The notes beneath the pieces were generated by a model, which was given only the letters and a program-made list of their open reading frames with translations, was not told where the DNA came from and searched no databases. A stretch of DNA of 64,000 nt, from NCBI GenBank assembly GCA_964016885.1, contig OZ024742.1, positions 11,036,001-11,100,000 of the forward strand. The letters are read 5' to 3'. Positions 28,180-39,258 of the stretch are shown here, piece by piece (within the stretch, counting starts at the first letter, position 1; each line of letters starts with the position of its first letter). The DNA is from Eledone cirrhosa. Taxonomy: Eukaryota. The position numbers and the translations under genes were made by a program.

Positions 28180-28436
28180 AAGAGACCTTGTGGTGTATGT
28201 GTTGAACTGTGTGCAGAACCAACGGCACCAGTTCCATGAAACACCAACTGCATAACAGAATACTCGAACACTTTGAAAAAGGGATGCTTCCGACATAAAG
28301 ATTCAACTCACAGAAATATGTGAAAGTATAACAACAAACATATTAGTGGAGAAAAGAGATAGGATCGAACTAAGAATAGTGATGACACATTTTATTAGGT
28401 AGGGCGTGGCTACCTTAAACTATCGGAGTGACCTGA
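28180..28436 (+). pseudogene. Highly decayed GIY-YIG endonuclease end of a Penelope-like element
   Basis: Frameshifted translation VVYVLNC / GTSSMKHQLHNRILEH / ILVEKRDRIELRIVMTHFIR*GVATLNYRSD resembles a PLE GIY-YIG C-terminus; HHR relic downstream at ~28655. Confidence 0.5.
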
Positions 28437-28507
28437 AAATATGGAAACACATATACAAATTCCGAGGGGTAACAGATTTGCCAAACCAGGGATTAATATA
28501 GAATAAT

Positions 28508-28627
28508 TGTTTCTACTTTTAGCACAAGGCCAGCAATTAACCAGTACATTACTGGTACTTTATTTTATCGACCCCGTAAGGATGAAAGGCAAAGTTAACC
28601 TCGGCGGGATTTGAACTCAGACCGTAA
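28508..28627 (-). mobile_element. 5'-truncated SINE with 20-bp target-site duplication
   Basis: AGGGATTAATATAGAATAAT at 28488-28507 and 28628-28647. Confidence 0.9.
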
Positions 28628-29086
28628 AGGGATTAATATAGAATAATACAGTCCGATGAAGGATTATAATCCGAAAGGGCTCCCTCTCAAGTAAACAATA
28701 CTAACCCAGTAACAAGGTTCGTAGACGGTAGACATGTGACCATTCACAGTAAATATACTAACACTAACCCTAATCCTATTTCTAACTCTAACCCTAATTT
28801 TAATTCTTACATTACCTCAAACACATCTTTCAACATCTCTATCTTCAAATAAACAATAAGACACAAAACATACACCATGTTTTAAAACAAGTTTTATCTC
28901 GTTTATTGTATTTTATTACATTCTAGCTCCTCACTTTTAGCTCCCCTATAACTTACTATAGCTTACTATAGCTTACTATAGCTTACTGTTCTTGTCTTGC
29001 CCCCAACTGTTCTCACTCCAAAACCTACACAACACACTATACATACATATGTACACACCACACACATGTGTATATATATATATATA

Positions 29087-29284
29087 TAACAAAGGAGTTG
29101 TGGTAAGGAACCAGATGGACCATAACGCACCAGAGAACTCAGTACTTAGGGTAGTAGAGTGGGTAATAGGACAAAGTTTAACCCCCACGGCAGAGCTCAA
29201 GCCGTTTCGACGGCTATTTCTGGAGTCCAGAAATAGCCGTCGAAACGGCTTGAGCTCTGGCGTCGAGGTTAAACTTTTTCCTAT
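29087..29284 (-). mobile_element. Family A fold-back PLE derivative
   Basis: Tail plus hairpin CAGAGCTCAAGCCGTTTCGACGGCTATTTCTGGA-G-TCCAGAAATAGCCGTCGAAACGGCTTGAGCTCTG, in (TA)n. Confidence 0.85.
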
Positions 29285-29303
29285 ATATATATATATATAT
29301 ATA

Positions 29304-30218
29304 CTAGCAGTGGTACCCGGCGTTGCACGAGATAAGGTATTTTGAAATGCAGGCCGCCAACAGAGCTAATCGTGGAAAAACTGCATGCCTCGACAATATG
29401 TAAAGGAAATAAACCGAATACTCTGATGGCTGGATAATCTTTATGAATTTCCTCGATGAAGCAGGAAAAATGCAGGTTTTCACCTAATGCGGGCCCTAGG
29501 GGATCAAGAAAATTAATTTTTTTTATGTACATAATATGACTTGAAATTTGGGAAAATCGGCTAGACGAACGCCTCAAAAGAGCCCTAAAAAGCTGAAAAA
29601 ATGAAGTTTTTCACCTAATGCGGGCCCTAGGCCATAAAAAAGTTGGATATCTTTGCTCACGGTATGAAGAAGAGACTGACTAATACATCGTTACAATTTC
29701 AAGGAAATCAGTCGGACGTAACGCCTAAAAAAAACCCTAAAACCCTGAAAAAATGCAGTTTTTCACCTAATGCGGGCCTTAGGGGATGAAAAAGTTGAAT
29801 TTTATGTGCATAACACTCCCTGAAACATAAGTAATACACATGCAAAGTTTGAAAAAAGTTGGTTGGGTACTTCTCGAGTTTTAGGGATTCAAACTCACAG
29901 ACACACACACAGACTGACATCCTCAGGGAAGTGACGTAATGTAGACAGTCAGACATACAGAGAGATATTATAAGGGCGCGACGTTATATGTATGTATCTA
30001 TCTAAAAAGAGAAAAAACTAAGAATTATAGAGAGAGATCGCTAAATCGCCTCATGCGGTTCCTAGGGCATTGGAAATTATAATTTTTTTTACTCAGAACA
30101 CTTCCTGAAACATAAGTATTACACGTGTAAAGTTTGAAAACATTCGGTTGGGCAGTTCTCGAGTTTTAGGGATTCAAACTCACACACAGACAGACATCCT
30201 CAGTTTTATATATATAGA
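29304..30218 (-). mobile_element. Complete non-autonomous Helitron
   Basis: On the minus strand: A|TCTATATATATAAAA 5' end at 30218, GCAACGCCGGG subterminal hairpin motif and CTAG|T at 29304; internal subrepeats TTTCACCTAATGCGGGCCCTAGG. Confidence 0.8.
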
Positions 30219-30242
30219 TATATATACATCTAATTATATAAT

Positions 30243-30416
30243 TGTTTCTACTGTTGGCACAAGGCCAGAAATTATCCAGTACATTACTGGTACTTTATTT
30301 TATCGACCCTGTAAAGATGAAAGGCAAACTTAACTTCGGCGGGATTTGAACTCAGAACGTAAAAGGACGTAACTATGCTGGTAAGCATGTCCGACCCTCT
30401 ACCGATACTGCCAATT
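30243..30416 (-). mobile_element. SINE with 15-bp TSD
   Basis: ATCTAATTATATAAT at 30228-30242 and 30417-30431; same family as 26100. Confidence 0.88.
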
Positions 30417-30440
30417 ATCTAATTATATAATATTATATAT

Positions 30441-30625
30441 GGTGGATTGGCAGTACGGTAGAGGGTCGGACGCTATGCTTTGAAGCATAGAGTTAACTCC
30501 CTGCATGATCTGAGTTCAAATCCCGCCGAGGTTAACTTTGCCTTTCATCCTTCCGGGGTCGATAAAATAAAGTACCAGTAATGCACTGGATAATTGCTGG
30601 CCTTGTGCCAAAAGTAGAAACAATT
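30441..30625 (+). mobile_element. Near full-length tRNA-derived SINE
   Basis: TGGCAGTACGGTAG (A-box-like), GAGTTCAAATCC (B-box), TTTGCCTTTCATCCTTCCGGGGTCGATAAAATAAAGTACCAG. Confidence 0.88.
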
Positions 30626-30640
30626 ATATATATATATATA

Positions 30641-31090
30641 CTAGCAGAGGTACCCGGTGTTGCTCAGATATTAAATAGCAATTGTGTATACCATTTATGT
30701 CAATACTTCAGATGTGCTGCTTCGAAAACTATACTTTTACAAAATCATCGGCTTTTTCCAAAAGGGAGTTCCTGCCCCCAGGGGTCCACTACCCAATATA
30801 TGCCAATTCTGAGAGTTCACATTCATCTATAGGACAAACGTAGCCCCTGTGTCAAGTTTTGTGAAAATCGGTTGCGAACTCCAGAAGTTATGACGTTTTG
30901 TTGCATTGCACTGCAGTGCTTCAGTCGACTCCAAGGAAGTGGTTAAAGTGGTTAAAGGGGTTATCTGTCGGGGAGCCCTATAATCAATATCTGGAAAAAT
31001 GACAGTGCTCATGACCATCCGGAGTACATAAGTAACCTATGTCTTAAGTTTGGTGAAAATACTGTAGAAATGCATAAGGTTTATACATAC
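30641..31090 (-). mobile_element. Non-autonomous Helitron 3' portion (5' end not located)
   Basis: ACTAGCAGAGGTACCCGGTGTTGC terminus matches 29303 and 54078; AAGTTT..TGAAAAT motifs as in 29304-30218. Confidence 0.6.
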
Positions 31091-31329
31091 GCGCGTGCGT
31101 TCGTGTGTGTGCGTGTGTGTGTATGTATTTGTGTGTGCGTATGTATGTGTATGTCCGTCGGAGCATACGTATGTACTGGCCTAAATATTCACTATTTACT
31201 TTTACTATTTTAATGAACTCTGTCATTTTCGTTTTCAATTTTATTTACATCATTCTTAAACTCCGGGGCTGGTAATCATTCTGTTATTTTAAATAGAATA
31301 TTAGTCTAACGACTCCATTTATACCATAA

Positions 31330-31500
31330 ACTTGGTTTTGTCTTTGCATGAAATTGTTCTTCACGCTCCACATAACGACGTATTATCCTCGCTTTTTTCT
31401 CGTTCATTGCCAGGGAACGTCTTCACGAACCAAAATATCGTCTTCCTGTTTTCGTTCGGTTGCAACGTTTCTCGAAATAATTACTTCTGCGTTCACAGAT
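31330..31500. repeat. Unclassified dispersed repeat, inverted relative to 63040-63380
   Basis: CGTTCATTGCCAGGGAACGTCTTCACGAACCAAAATATCGTCTTCCTG..GGTTGCAACGTTT recurs reverse-complemented at 63078-63300. Confidence 0.75.
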
Positions 31501-31818
31501 TACTCTCAGTTCAATTTGAATGGGAAATTCCTGTTTTATCGATTTTCTCCGAAACCATGGAAGATTTAGCTTGAAAGTCGACCCAACGCCTCCTAGGGTC
31601 ATTCTGCATAACTGTGTAAATTTTCGCTGCATTCCACCAAGCCATTTCGACGTTTATCCGACTACACCTACATCTACAACGTCCGACCACTTCCAATTTA
31701 TATAGTAGATTTGTTTATATATGAATGACAAAAAGAAAAGTACAAAACTATACATGAATTGTTTCTACTAAACCTTCAATTTAAGACACAACCTACATAT
31801 TTGATAGGACTCCAGCTC

Positions 31819-31819
<1 letters not shown>

Positions 31820-31849
<30 letters not shown>

Positions 31850-32010
31850 CTTCTTCTTCTTCTTCTTCTTCTTCTTCTTCTTCTTCTTCTTCTTCTTCTT
31901 TTGCTCCCCCTGGAACATTGGGCTGCGAGCCACCCCCACACAACGCCATGTTCTGAGTCTGCTTTTCAACTCCACCGTGATGCACTGTGCGTCATGGTGT
32001 ATCTAACCAT
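31820..32010 (-). mobile_element. (GAA)n tail with probable short LINE 3' end
   Basis: Pure (TTC)n 31820-31899 adjoining a GC-richer segment; RTE-like 3' end is an inference. Confidence 0.45.
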
Positions 32011-32806
32011 TTTTTTAGGTCTTACTACGGCTGATTTCTTCCAGAGAGAAAGAAAGAGATGGAAAAATGCAGTGAAGATTCATCCCCGGAGGAATAATAA
32101 AAAATATTTACACCGCACATTTCATTTTTTCAAAGGTAAAGCTGCCGATCCAAAATCAGTAATTCAACTCCCTGAAAACTTTCAAATATATGCTGTTCTA
32201 GCATGAATATTATGCTAAGGATAAGCTGTCCACAAAGTAAGATTTACTTGCATATCCCCGTTCATATAAACACATACATACATGCATACATAAGTATTAG
32301 AACAGGGGGAAATAACTCACCGAAAGGGATAGTTTTGGGGCCCCAGGGACCACATTTTTCAAGTTAGAGGTTTGAAACCCCGTGTATTTGCTTCCTTGGA
32401 ACTTTTTACATAGGTGTGTAAATTTTCATGTCAGTCCGACCACGTCTACTACCATTTAACCGTGCACATCTGAATTTCAATCACCACCCATTTCACAAAT
32501 ATATATTAGATAAATGTGGTTACACAACAGTTAGTTCACCATACCGAGAACAATTGTTTCACCTCAGCGGATCCTCAGCTCGTAATGGATATGGTTATAC
32601 TGAAGAGGAAGGACAACCGTACGAACGTGCATGCGCAGAAACCGGCCACTTCACACAGGCAATACTAAAATGCGCGCAAGAGGTGTAAGGGAGATAACTG
32701 CGAAAGTCCGAAAAGATTCTAGTTGATAAAAAAATTATGATGTTGTTGTAAATCAATCCGGAGCTTTGTAGTTATGCAAGAGGTGTTTCGAGACGCGTGG
32801 ACAACA

Positions 32807-34016
32807 ACGGAGTAGCCTGGGAAAAGAAGTCTACAACTTCAGACCTATTCGACGTCTCCATGGGATCGTTTGACAGTGCTGACCTATGCGGCTTGGTTGG
32901 CCTATTTATTTTAGACATATTACATGTTAGATTCCCGGACTTCCACACGGGAATATACCGCGACGATGGACTGACCTTATCGAACCATAAAAGTGCTCAC
33001 GACCTCGACCGGTTTAAAAAAGACTTAGCTTCTACCTTCAATGAGTTAGGACTTAGGATAACAGCGTAGATTTCTTAGACATTAATTTAGACCTTCGCAC
33101 ACACACCTACAGCCCCTTCCATAATCTAAACGAAAAACTCAATTACATTCACAAGGACTCATGCCACCCGCCCACTGTTTTTAGAAACTTTGTAAATAAT
33201 ATCAGTACTAGAATCTCAAACCTCTCCTATAATAAGGCTATCTTTGACAGGGTGTCACCCTACTATAACACAACGTTAGCTAATAGCGGCATCTCGCAAC
33301 ATATCACTTACTCTCCCACTATCAACAACAGCAATAAGAAAAGAAAGCGTAACAATAGACAAACTATCTGGTTCTCTCCTCCCTTCTCACTCAACGTTAA
33401 AACCAATGTAGGCAAAACATGTCTAGCCCTCTTAGATAGACACTTTCCCATAGGTCATAAATACCGCTCCATCTTTAACCGACACAAAGTAAAACTAGGA
33501 TACTCCTGCGCTAAGAACATGAAGGCCCACATCACCAGCAGCCCTAGGAGCAACACCTCACCAGGGTGCTCTTACCATAAGCCCGAAGCTTGACCCCTTC
33601 AACAGCAATCCAACACACCCGCTATAATTTATGAAGCTGTGGTCACTTCCAACCGACCAAATCAACCACAGGAGGTCAAATCCTATGTGGGTATGGAGGA
33701 GGGCCGATTTAAGGAACGTTTCCTGAACCACCAGTCGACCTTTAGGTACCCGGACAGACGTTTATCCACGAAACTCGCGAGCCACGTATGGCCCCTCAAG
33801 GACTCAAGTATAGACTACTCCATTCAATAGAAAGCCATCACTAAGTCCAAGCCATACGCAAGGGGAATTCCGTCGTGTGGACTATGTATTGATGAACGAA
33901 TAAATATTCTAAAGCGATTATGCAATAGTGATTGCCTAAACACGAGAAATGAATTCTTCACACGTTGTCCACACGTCCCGAAACACCTCTTGCATAACTA
34001 CAAAGCTCCGGATTGA
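32807..34016 (+). pseudogene. PLE reverse transcriptase + GIY-YIG endonuclease (disrupted)
   Basis: FDVSMGSFD, GIYRDDGL, DFLDINLDL, WFSPPFS, IIYEAVV..SYVG..FKERFLNH, CGLC..LNTRNE..CPH; frameshift near 33068, TGA at 33591, TAG at 33828. Confidence 0.92.
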
Positions 34017-34186
34017 ATTACAACAACATCATAATTTTCTTATCAACTGGAACCTTCTCGGACTTTCGCAGTTATCTCCCTTACACCTCTCGCACGCATT
34101 TTAGTATTGCGTGTGTGAAGTGACCGGTTTATGCGCATGCGCGTTCGCACGGTTGTCCTTCCTGTTCAGTATAACCATGTCCATTA

Positions 34187-34224
34187 CGAGCTGAGGATCC
34201 GCTGAGGTGAAACAATTGTTCTCG
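34187..34224 (+). ncRNA. Minimal type I hammerhead ribozyme (family B); antisense copy at 32545-32582
   Basis: CGAG-CTGAGGA-TCC GCTGA GGT-GAAA-CAATTG-TT-CTCG; palindromic stem III AACAATTGTT. Confidence 0.75.
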
Positions 34225-34321
34225 GTATGATGAACTAACTGTTGTGTAACCACTTCTACCTAACTCGTCCCATGGACTGAGCGCTCTACCACTACGGATA
34301 TTACCTTCCAGTGTTCTACCC

Positions 34322-34395
<74 letters not shown>

Positions 34396-34744
34396 GCAGA
34401 GGTTATATTTAATTTGTTGGGATTCAACAACCTTAAACATTTTTATAACTGATATAAAGCACTCAACAAGTTAGTGGAGTAAATATACAATATATTAATA
34501 AATGGAAACTATATTTATAAAACCATAAATATTTTATTATATATATTTCAAGGGCGACCAAGGTAAACTCTCCAGCGAATTTCAACCGTGGGGTTGTCTT
34601 TATTCCGGGTATATCAATATTTATTTATAAAACCAATCTGTATTTTATCTGATGAAAGCGCACCATAATTTACCTTGGTCGCCCTTGAAATATATATAAT
34701 AAAATAAATATGGTTTTATAAATATAGTTTCCATTTATTAATAT

Positions 34745-34753
<9 letters not shown>
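34396..34753 (+). mobile_element. Family C fold-back mini-element with HHR
   Basis: Inverted arms ~34483-34567 / 34669-34753; second copy at 45420-45663; both in (TA)n. Confidence 0.8.
34641..34706 (+). ncRNA. Type I hammerhead ribozyme (family C)
   Basis: TATTTTAT-CTGATGA-[AAGCGCACCA..TGGTCGCCCTT]-GAAA-TATATA-TA-ATAAAATA; 8-bp stem I. Confidence 0.75.
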
Positions 34754-34817
<64 letters not shown>

Positions 34818-34977
34818 ATGTGTGTGTGTGTGTATATATGTGTGTGTGTGTGTGTATATGTGTGTGTGTAGTTCAAGAGATGACAAGACAAACACAGAGA
34901 TGCAAAAACAGTGTTATTAGTTTCACGCTTAGGAAGTAGAAGATATACGAATATATAAATATATATATATACACACA

Positions 34978-35008
<31 letters not shown>

Positions 35009-35870
35009 CACACACAACACATACACATATATATATATTTTTTTTTTGTGTGTGTATATATACCACACATTGAGTTCACAGACACATCATATATATATAC
35101 ATATATAAATATACCTATACACACACACATATATATATGTGTGTGTGTATATATGTGTATGTGTGTGTGTATGTGTGTGTGTGTATGTGTGTGTATGGGT
35201 GTGTGTGTGTGCGTGTGTGTGTGCGTGAGTATGTGTGTATGTGTGTGTGTGTGAGTGTGTGTGTGTGAGTGTGTGTGTGTGGTATATAACATGCTAATAA
35301 AGAAATCAACTTGAAGGATGGCAATCAATAAAGAGCAGAACAACAGAATCTTACATGGATGAGGTAACATGTCGTAACAGATGAGAGAGGGGGGAGGGTA
35401 GAAAGAGAGAGGGAAGAAAGAGACAGAAAGCCAGGCAGAGAGAGAGTGAGAGAGAGAGAGAGGAAGAAGGAGAGAGAGACGGGAGAGAGAGAGAGGAAGA
35501 AGGAGAGAGAGACGGGAGAGAGAGAGAGGGAGAGAGAGAGAGAAAGAGAAGGAGAGCGAGAGAGAAAGAGAGAGAGAGAGAGAGAGCAAGAGAAAGAGGA
35601 AGAAGGAGAGAGGGACGGGAGAGAGAGTTAGTGAGAATGTGCGGAAATCTCCTAGATATCTCTAATATAGAAAGGTTATTGTTGATGTTCACAGCTAATA
35701 AGATATATTAAGAGAAGAGTTAATAAGAATGAAATAACGAACAGACCGTAGAAGATTCGGGCAGTGGTTTAGATAAATGGCGCATAAATCACATATGTTG
35801 TGGCACTTGCACTACAGGTTATGTTTCAATACACAAGAATAGACTACATGATGAAAAAAATATATCATGC

Positions 35871-36021
<151 letters not shown>

Positions 36022-36027
36022 TATATA

Positions 36028-36098
<71 letters not shown>

Positions 36099-36820
36099 GT
36101 GTGTGTGTATGTGTGTAGGCATGTATATATACATATATATATATACACGTAGGCATATATATATATGTAGACATGTATATTATATGTATGTTAGTATGTA
36201 TATATATGCATGTATGCATATATATATATGTGTGTATGTGCTATGTATGTATATGGATATATAATAAACACACACACATATATATATATTATATTATATG
36301 TCTGTAGGTATATATATAGAAAGCCAAAGTGGTTTTTGACAAATAAAACATGAACACGAAAAAACAGAAGCAGGTATGAAAAAAATTGTACAATTTCTCA
36401 GTTTCCACTGAACTATAACACTTCAACAGATACACCAGACATGAAAAAACAATGTTAACGGCCTGACCAAATAAGGCAATGACATTTTGTCTGACGCTCT
36501 ACCAATTCTGCCATTTCACCACCTTACAGTACAGAAAATATTACCATCGTTATAGTGCTATCGTTTAAAACTTTTATATATGAAGCTAGATTGAATATTC
36601 ATATGCTGACTATGAAGGAGTGATGCTAGAGCTGTGAAATCTTGCATATATTTATTTCAACTCTTTATATTAATAACTGCATTGTTTCCTTCCTGGAAAT
36701 ATGTTGAAAAATATACCTCATTTGGTCATTCCATGAGAGTATCTTGGTCAGCCTATGAACTTTTCACACCGACTCTCATATTTGTTCCATTGTATTGGTT
36801 TTCATTATTTAAGTGCAGTG

Positions 36821-37040
36821 AGGTTGGTGGGTTGGCAGTATTGGTAGAGTGTCAGACACCATGCTTCGTAGCATAGAGTGACGGCCCTTTACGTTCTGCG
36901 TTCAAATCCCACCAATGTTAGCTTTGCCTTTCATCCTTACGAGGTCGATAAAATAAAATACCAGTAACGCACTGGGGTCGATTTAATAGACTTTCCCCTC
37001 CCCCAAATTGCTGGCCTTGTGCATACATCTGAAACCATTA
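36821..37040 (+). mobile_element. tRNA-derived SINE
   Basis: TGGCAGTATTGGTAG..GTTCAAATCC..TTTGCCTTTCATCC..GGTCGATAAAATAAAATACCAG..TTGCTGGCCTTGTG. Confidence 0.85.
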
Positions 37041-37735
37041 TTTCAGTGCAATTGTGTGTCCCTAGCTGCAAGAGACCTCAATAAATCAAATCACATTATT
37101 TAATGTTGAAATTTTAACTTCAAATATCACCAAGTAAAACTTTGCTTTTCTGGGGATCACCTACTTCAAGATAACATTCTCTCTCACCCCCTTCCACCAA
37201 TTTCGAAGGCCCTGGAAAATAAAGGCTCGGGAACACTGCCCTTTCTTCTGTTGTTAAACAATAAAAAAAGTTTAAAGAGATTTGGTTTCGTTTTGACTTT
37301 TATTGACAGAAGCAGGTTTTAATGCTCTGGGGTAACCAAGTGGCCGACACAGCTGTAATGATAGTTAATATATTGGCTTTAACTAAGTCCTACCCCACCC
37401 ACAAATAATAATAAATAAAATAAGACAGCAAAACAAATGTTTTAAGATTGCGATTGTAGTTTTCTCACAATTTGCGTGAATTTTCCTAAGCAGCTGTCTT
37501 GAAATTGCCAACACTCAACCATTGGAATAAAATACAGAATACTGAAGTAAATTATCAATTTCTGTAACAGAGAAGCAACGTTCTCCTTTGTCGTAGTCCA
37601 ACCCAATAAATACAAAGATATGAACTTGAAAACTTGTCCCAGATACCCAGTAAACTCTCACTCTCGCTCCCTCTCTTTCTCTCTCTGTATACACGCACAC
37701 ACACACACACACATATACATACATACATATATATT

Positions 37736-37782
<47 letters not shown>

Positions 37783-38035
37783 GTATGTATCATTTTGAGA
37801 ACAATACATAGCTGGCAGATGCTACCAGCTTTTAAAAGTTTCGAAGCAATTAACTCCCGTTCTTATCAAAGGTATTCTTTTCTTCTTTGTAATAAGGAGG
37901 TCGTAAATTACAAGAGTCTCCTTTCTAAAAGAGTTCCAATACAAACATAAATGTCTGGCTACGTATTAATTAGTTGCCGACTTCCGGTCAGGTATATCTA
38001 AGTAGACCACCGATACTTTATACCTTGCCATGTGT

Positions 38036-38336
38036 TAACAACAACAACAACAACAACAGCCATGCAAACAGCGACAATAACAAGAATAACAATAACAATA
38101 CCACCAACCACAACCATAACAATAATAACCACACCACCACTAACAACCATCATACCACCAACAATAGCCAGACCATCACCACCACCACCACCACCAACAA
38201 CAACAACAATCATACCACCAACAACAGCCAGACCATCACCACCACCACCAACAACAACAACAACAACAATCATACCACCAACAACAGCCAGACCATCACC
38301 ACCACCAACAACAACAGCGACACCACCATCACCACC

Positions 38337-38368
<32 letters not shown>

Positions 38369-38430
38369 CAGCCAGACCATCACCACCACCAACAACAACA
38401 GCGACACCACCACCAACAACAACAACAACA
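38036..38430. repeat. Cryptic (AAC/ACC) minisatellite with ~60-bp units
   Basis: Recurrent CATACCACCAACAACAGCCAGACCATCACCACC. Confidence 0.85.
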
Positions 38431-38779
38431 AGTACCTTCTGTTCCTATGGTTACTACAGTGTAAATCTGACGAACTGAAATCTGACAAGCGAAAAAAAAG
38501 TTTAAGGTTTAATCCCTTTCAACGTCTGCTTGGTCACAGTGTTAGTAATTAGCAAAGGACGCAGGTGATGGTTGGCTGGGTCAGGTTTACATAGAGAGGA
38601 ACTGGAGCACAAATACATAGGTAAATTAGATTAGGTAGCTTGTTTAGAGAGAGAGGGGGGATAGGGGGAGATGGGGAAGAGAGAGAGGAGAGAGAGAGGG
38701 GAGAGAGCGAGAGAAAGAGAGAAAGTCAGTATCTTTCTGAAAATAAGTTTCTGTAAGAGACGACCATATATATATATAT

Positions 38780-39165
38780 ATATATAAATATAAATATAAG
38801 TATGTACACGTACATACATATATGTATACAGACGTACAGTAGTATGTATATATATATATACATACATGCACACATATATATATATGTACGTATGGATTCA
38901 CCGAGCATTTATTATAATGCTCGGTGAGTTTGTAAACAAACATCCCGTATTAAGCCGTACAGTGTCTAGCAACCATCGTTGCTCGTTTGTTCAACACTGA
39001 CAAAGGAACGCTGTACTAGTTTCAAGCTTATTAGCTATCGTCAACAATGTATACCTTCCTGCCAGATGGTTGAACGTCTGAAAGTATATACTTTCCTTAT
39101 GCATATTAACGGCTGAGCAGCCTAATTTGCATATCGAGTGGTTTAATCGGCCGGGTGCAAATATG
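38780..39165. repeat. Unclassified dispersed repeat; left part homologous (inverted) to 62745-62890
   Basis: GACGTACAGTAGTATGTAT and the ACCGAGCAT-TTATTATA-ATGCTCGGT hairpin match 62755-62850 in reverse. Confidence 0.65.

Positions 39166-39254
<89 letters not shown>

Positions 39255-39258
<4 letters not shown>

Larger units (their letters stand above)
32516..34322 (+). mobile_element. 5'-truncated Penelope-like retroelement (Naiad-like) with inverted pLTR
   Basis: 290-bp inverted repeats 32516-32805 / 33964-34253 enclose RT and GIY-YIG coding remnants; HHR in the pLTR. Confidence 0.92.

Noticed and set aside
28765-28800. TAACCC telomere-like patch
   Set aside because: Only about 5 degenerate units
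37505-37570. Possible small host exon on the minus strand (TTCTCTGTTACAG acceptor)
   Set aside because: No recognisable protein, weak donor, no supporting neighbouring exons
37974-38552. Pro/Thr-rich or Asn-rich ORFs
   Set aside because: Derived from an AAC/ACC minisatellite that is open in several frames
39055-39100. Hammerhead at GAAAGTATATACTTTC
   Set aside because: Palindrome and a preceding hairpin are present, but there is no CUGANGA half
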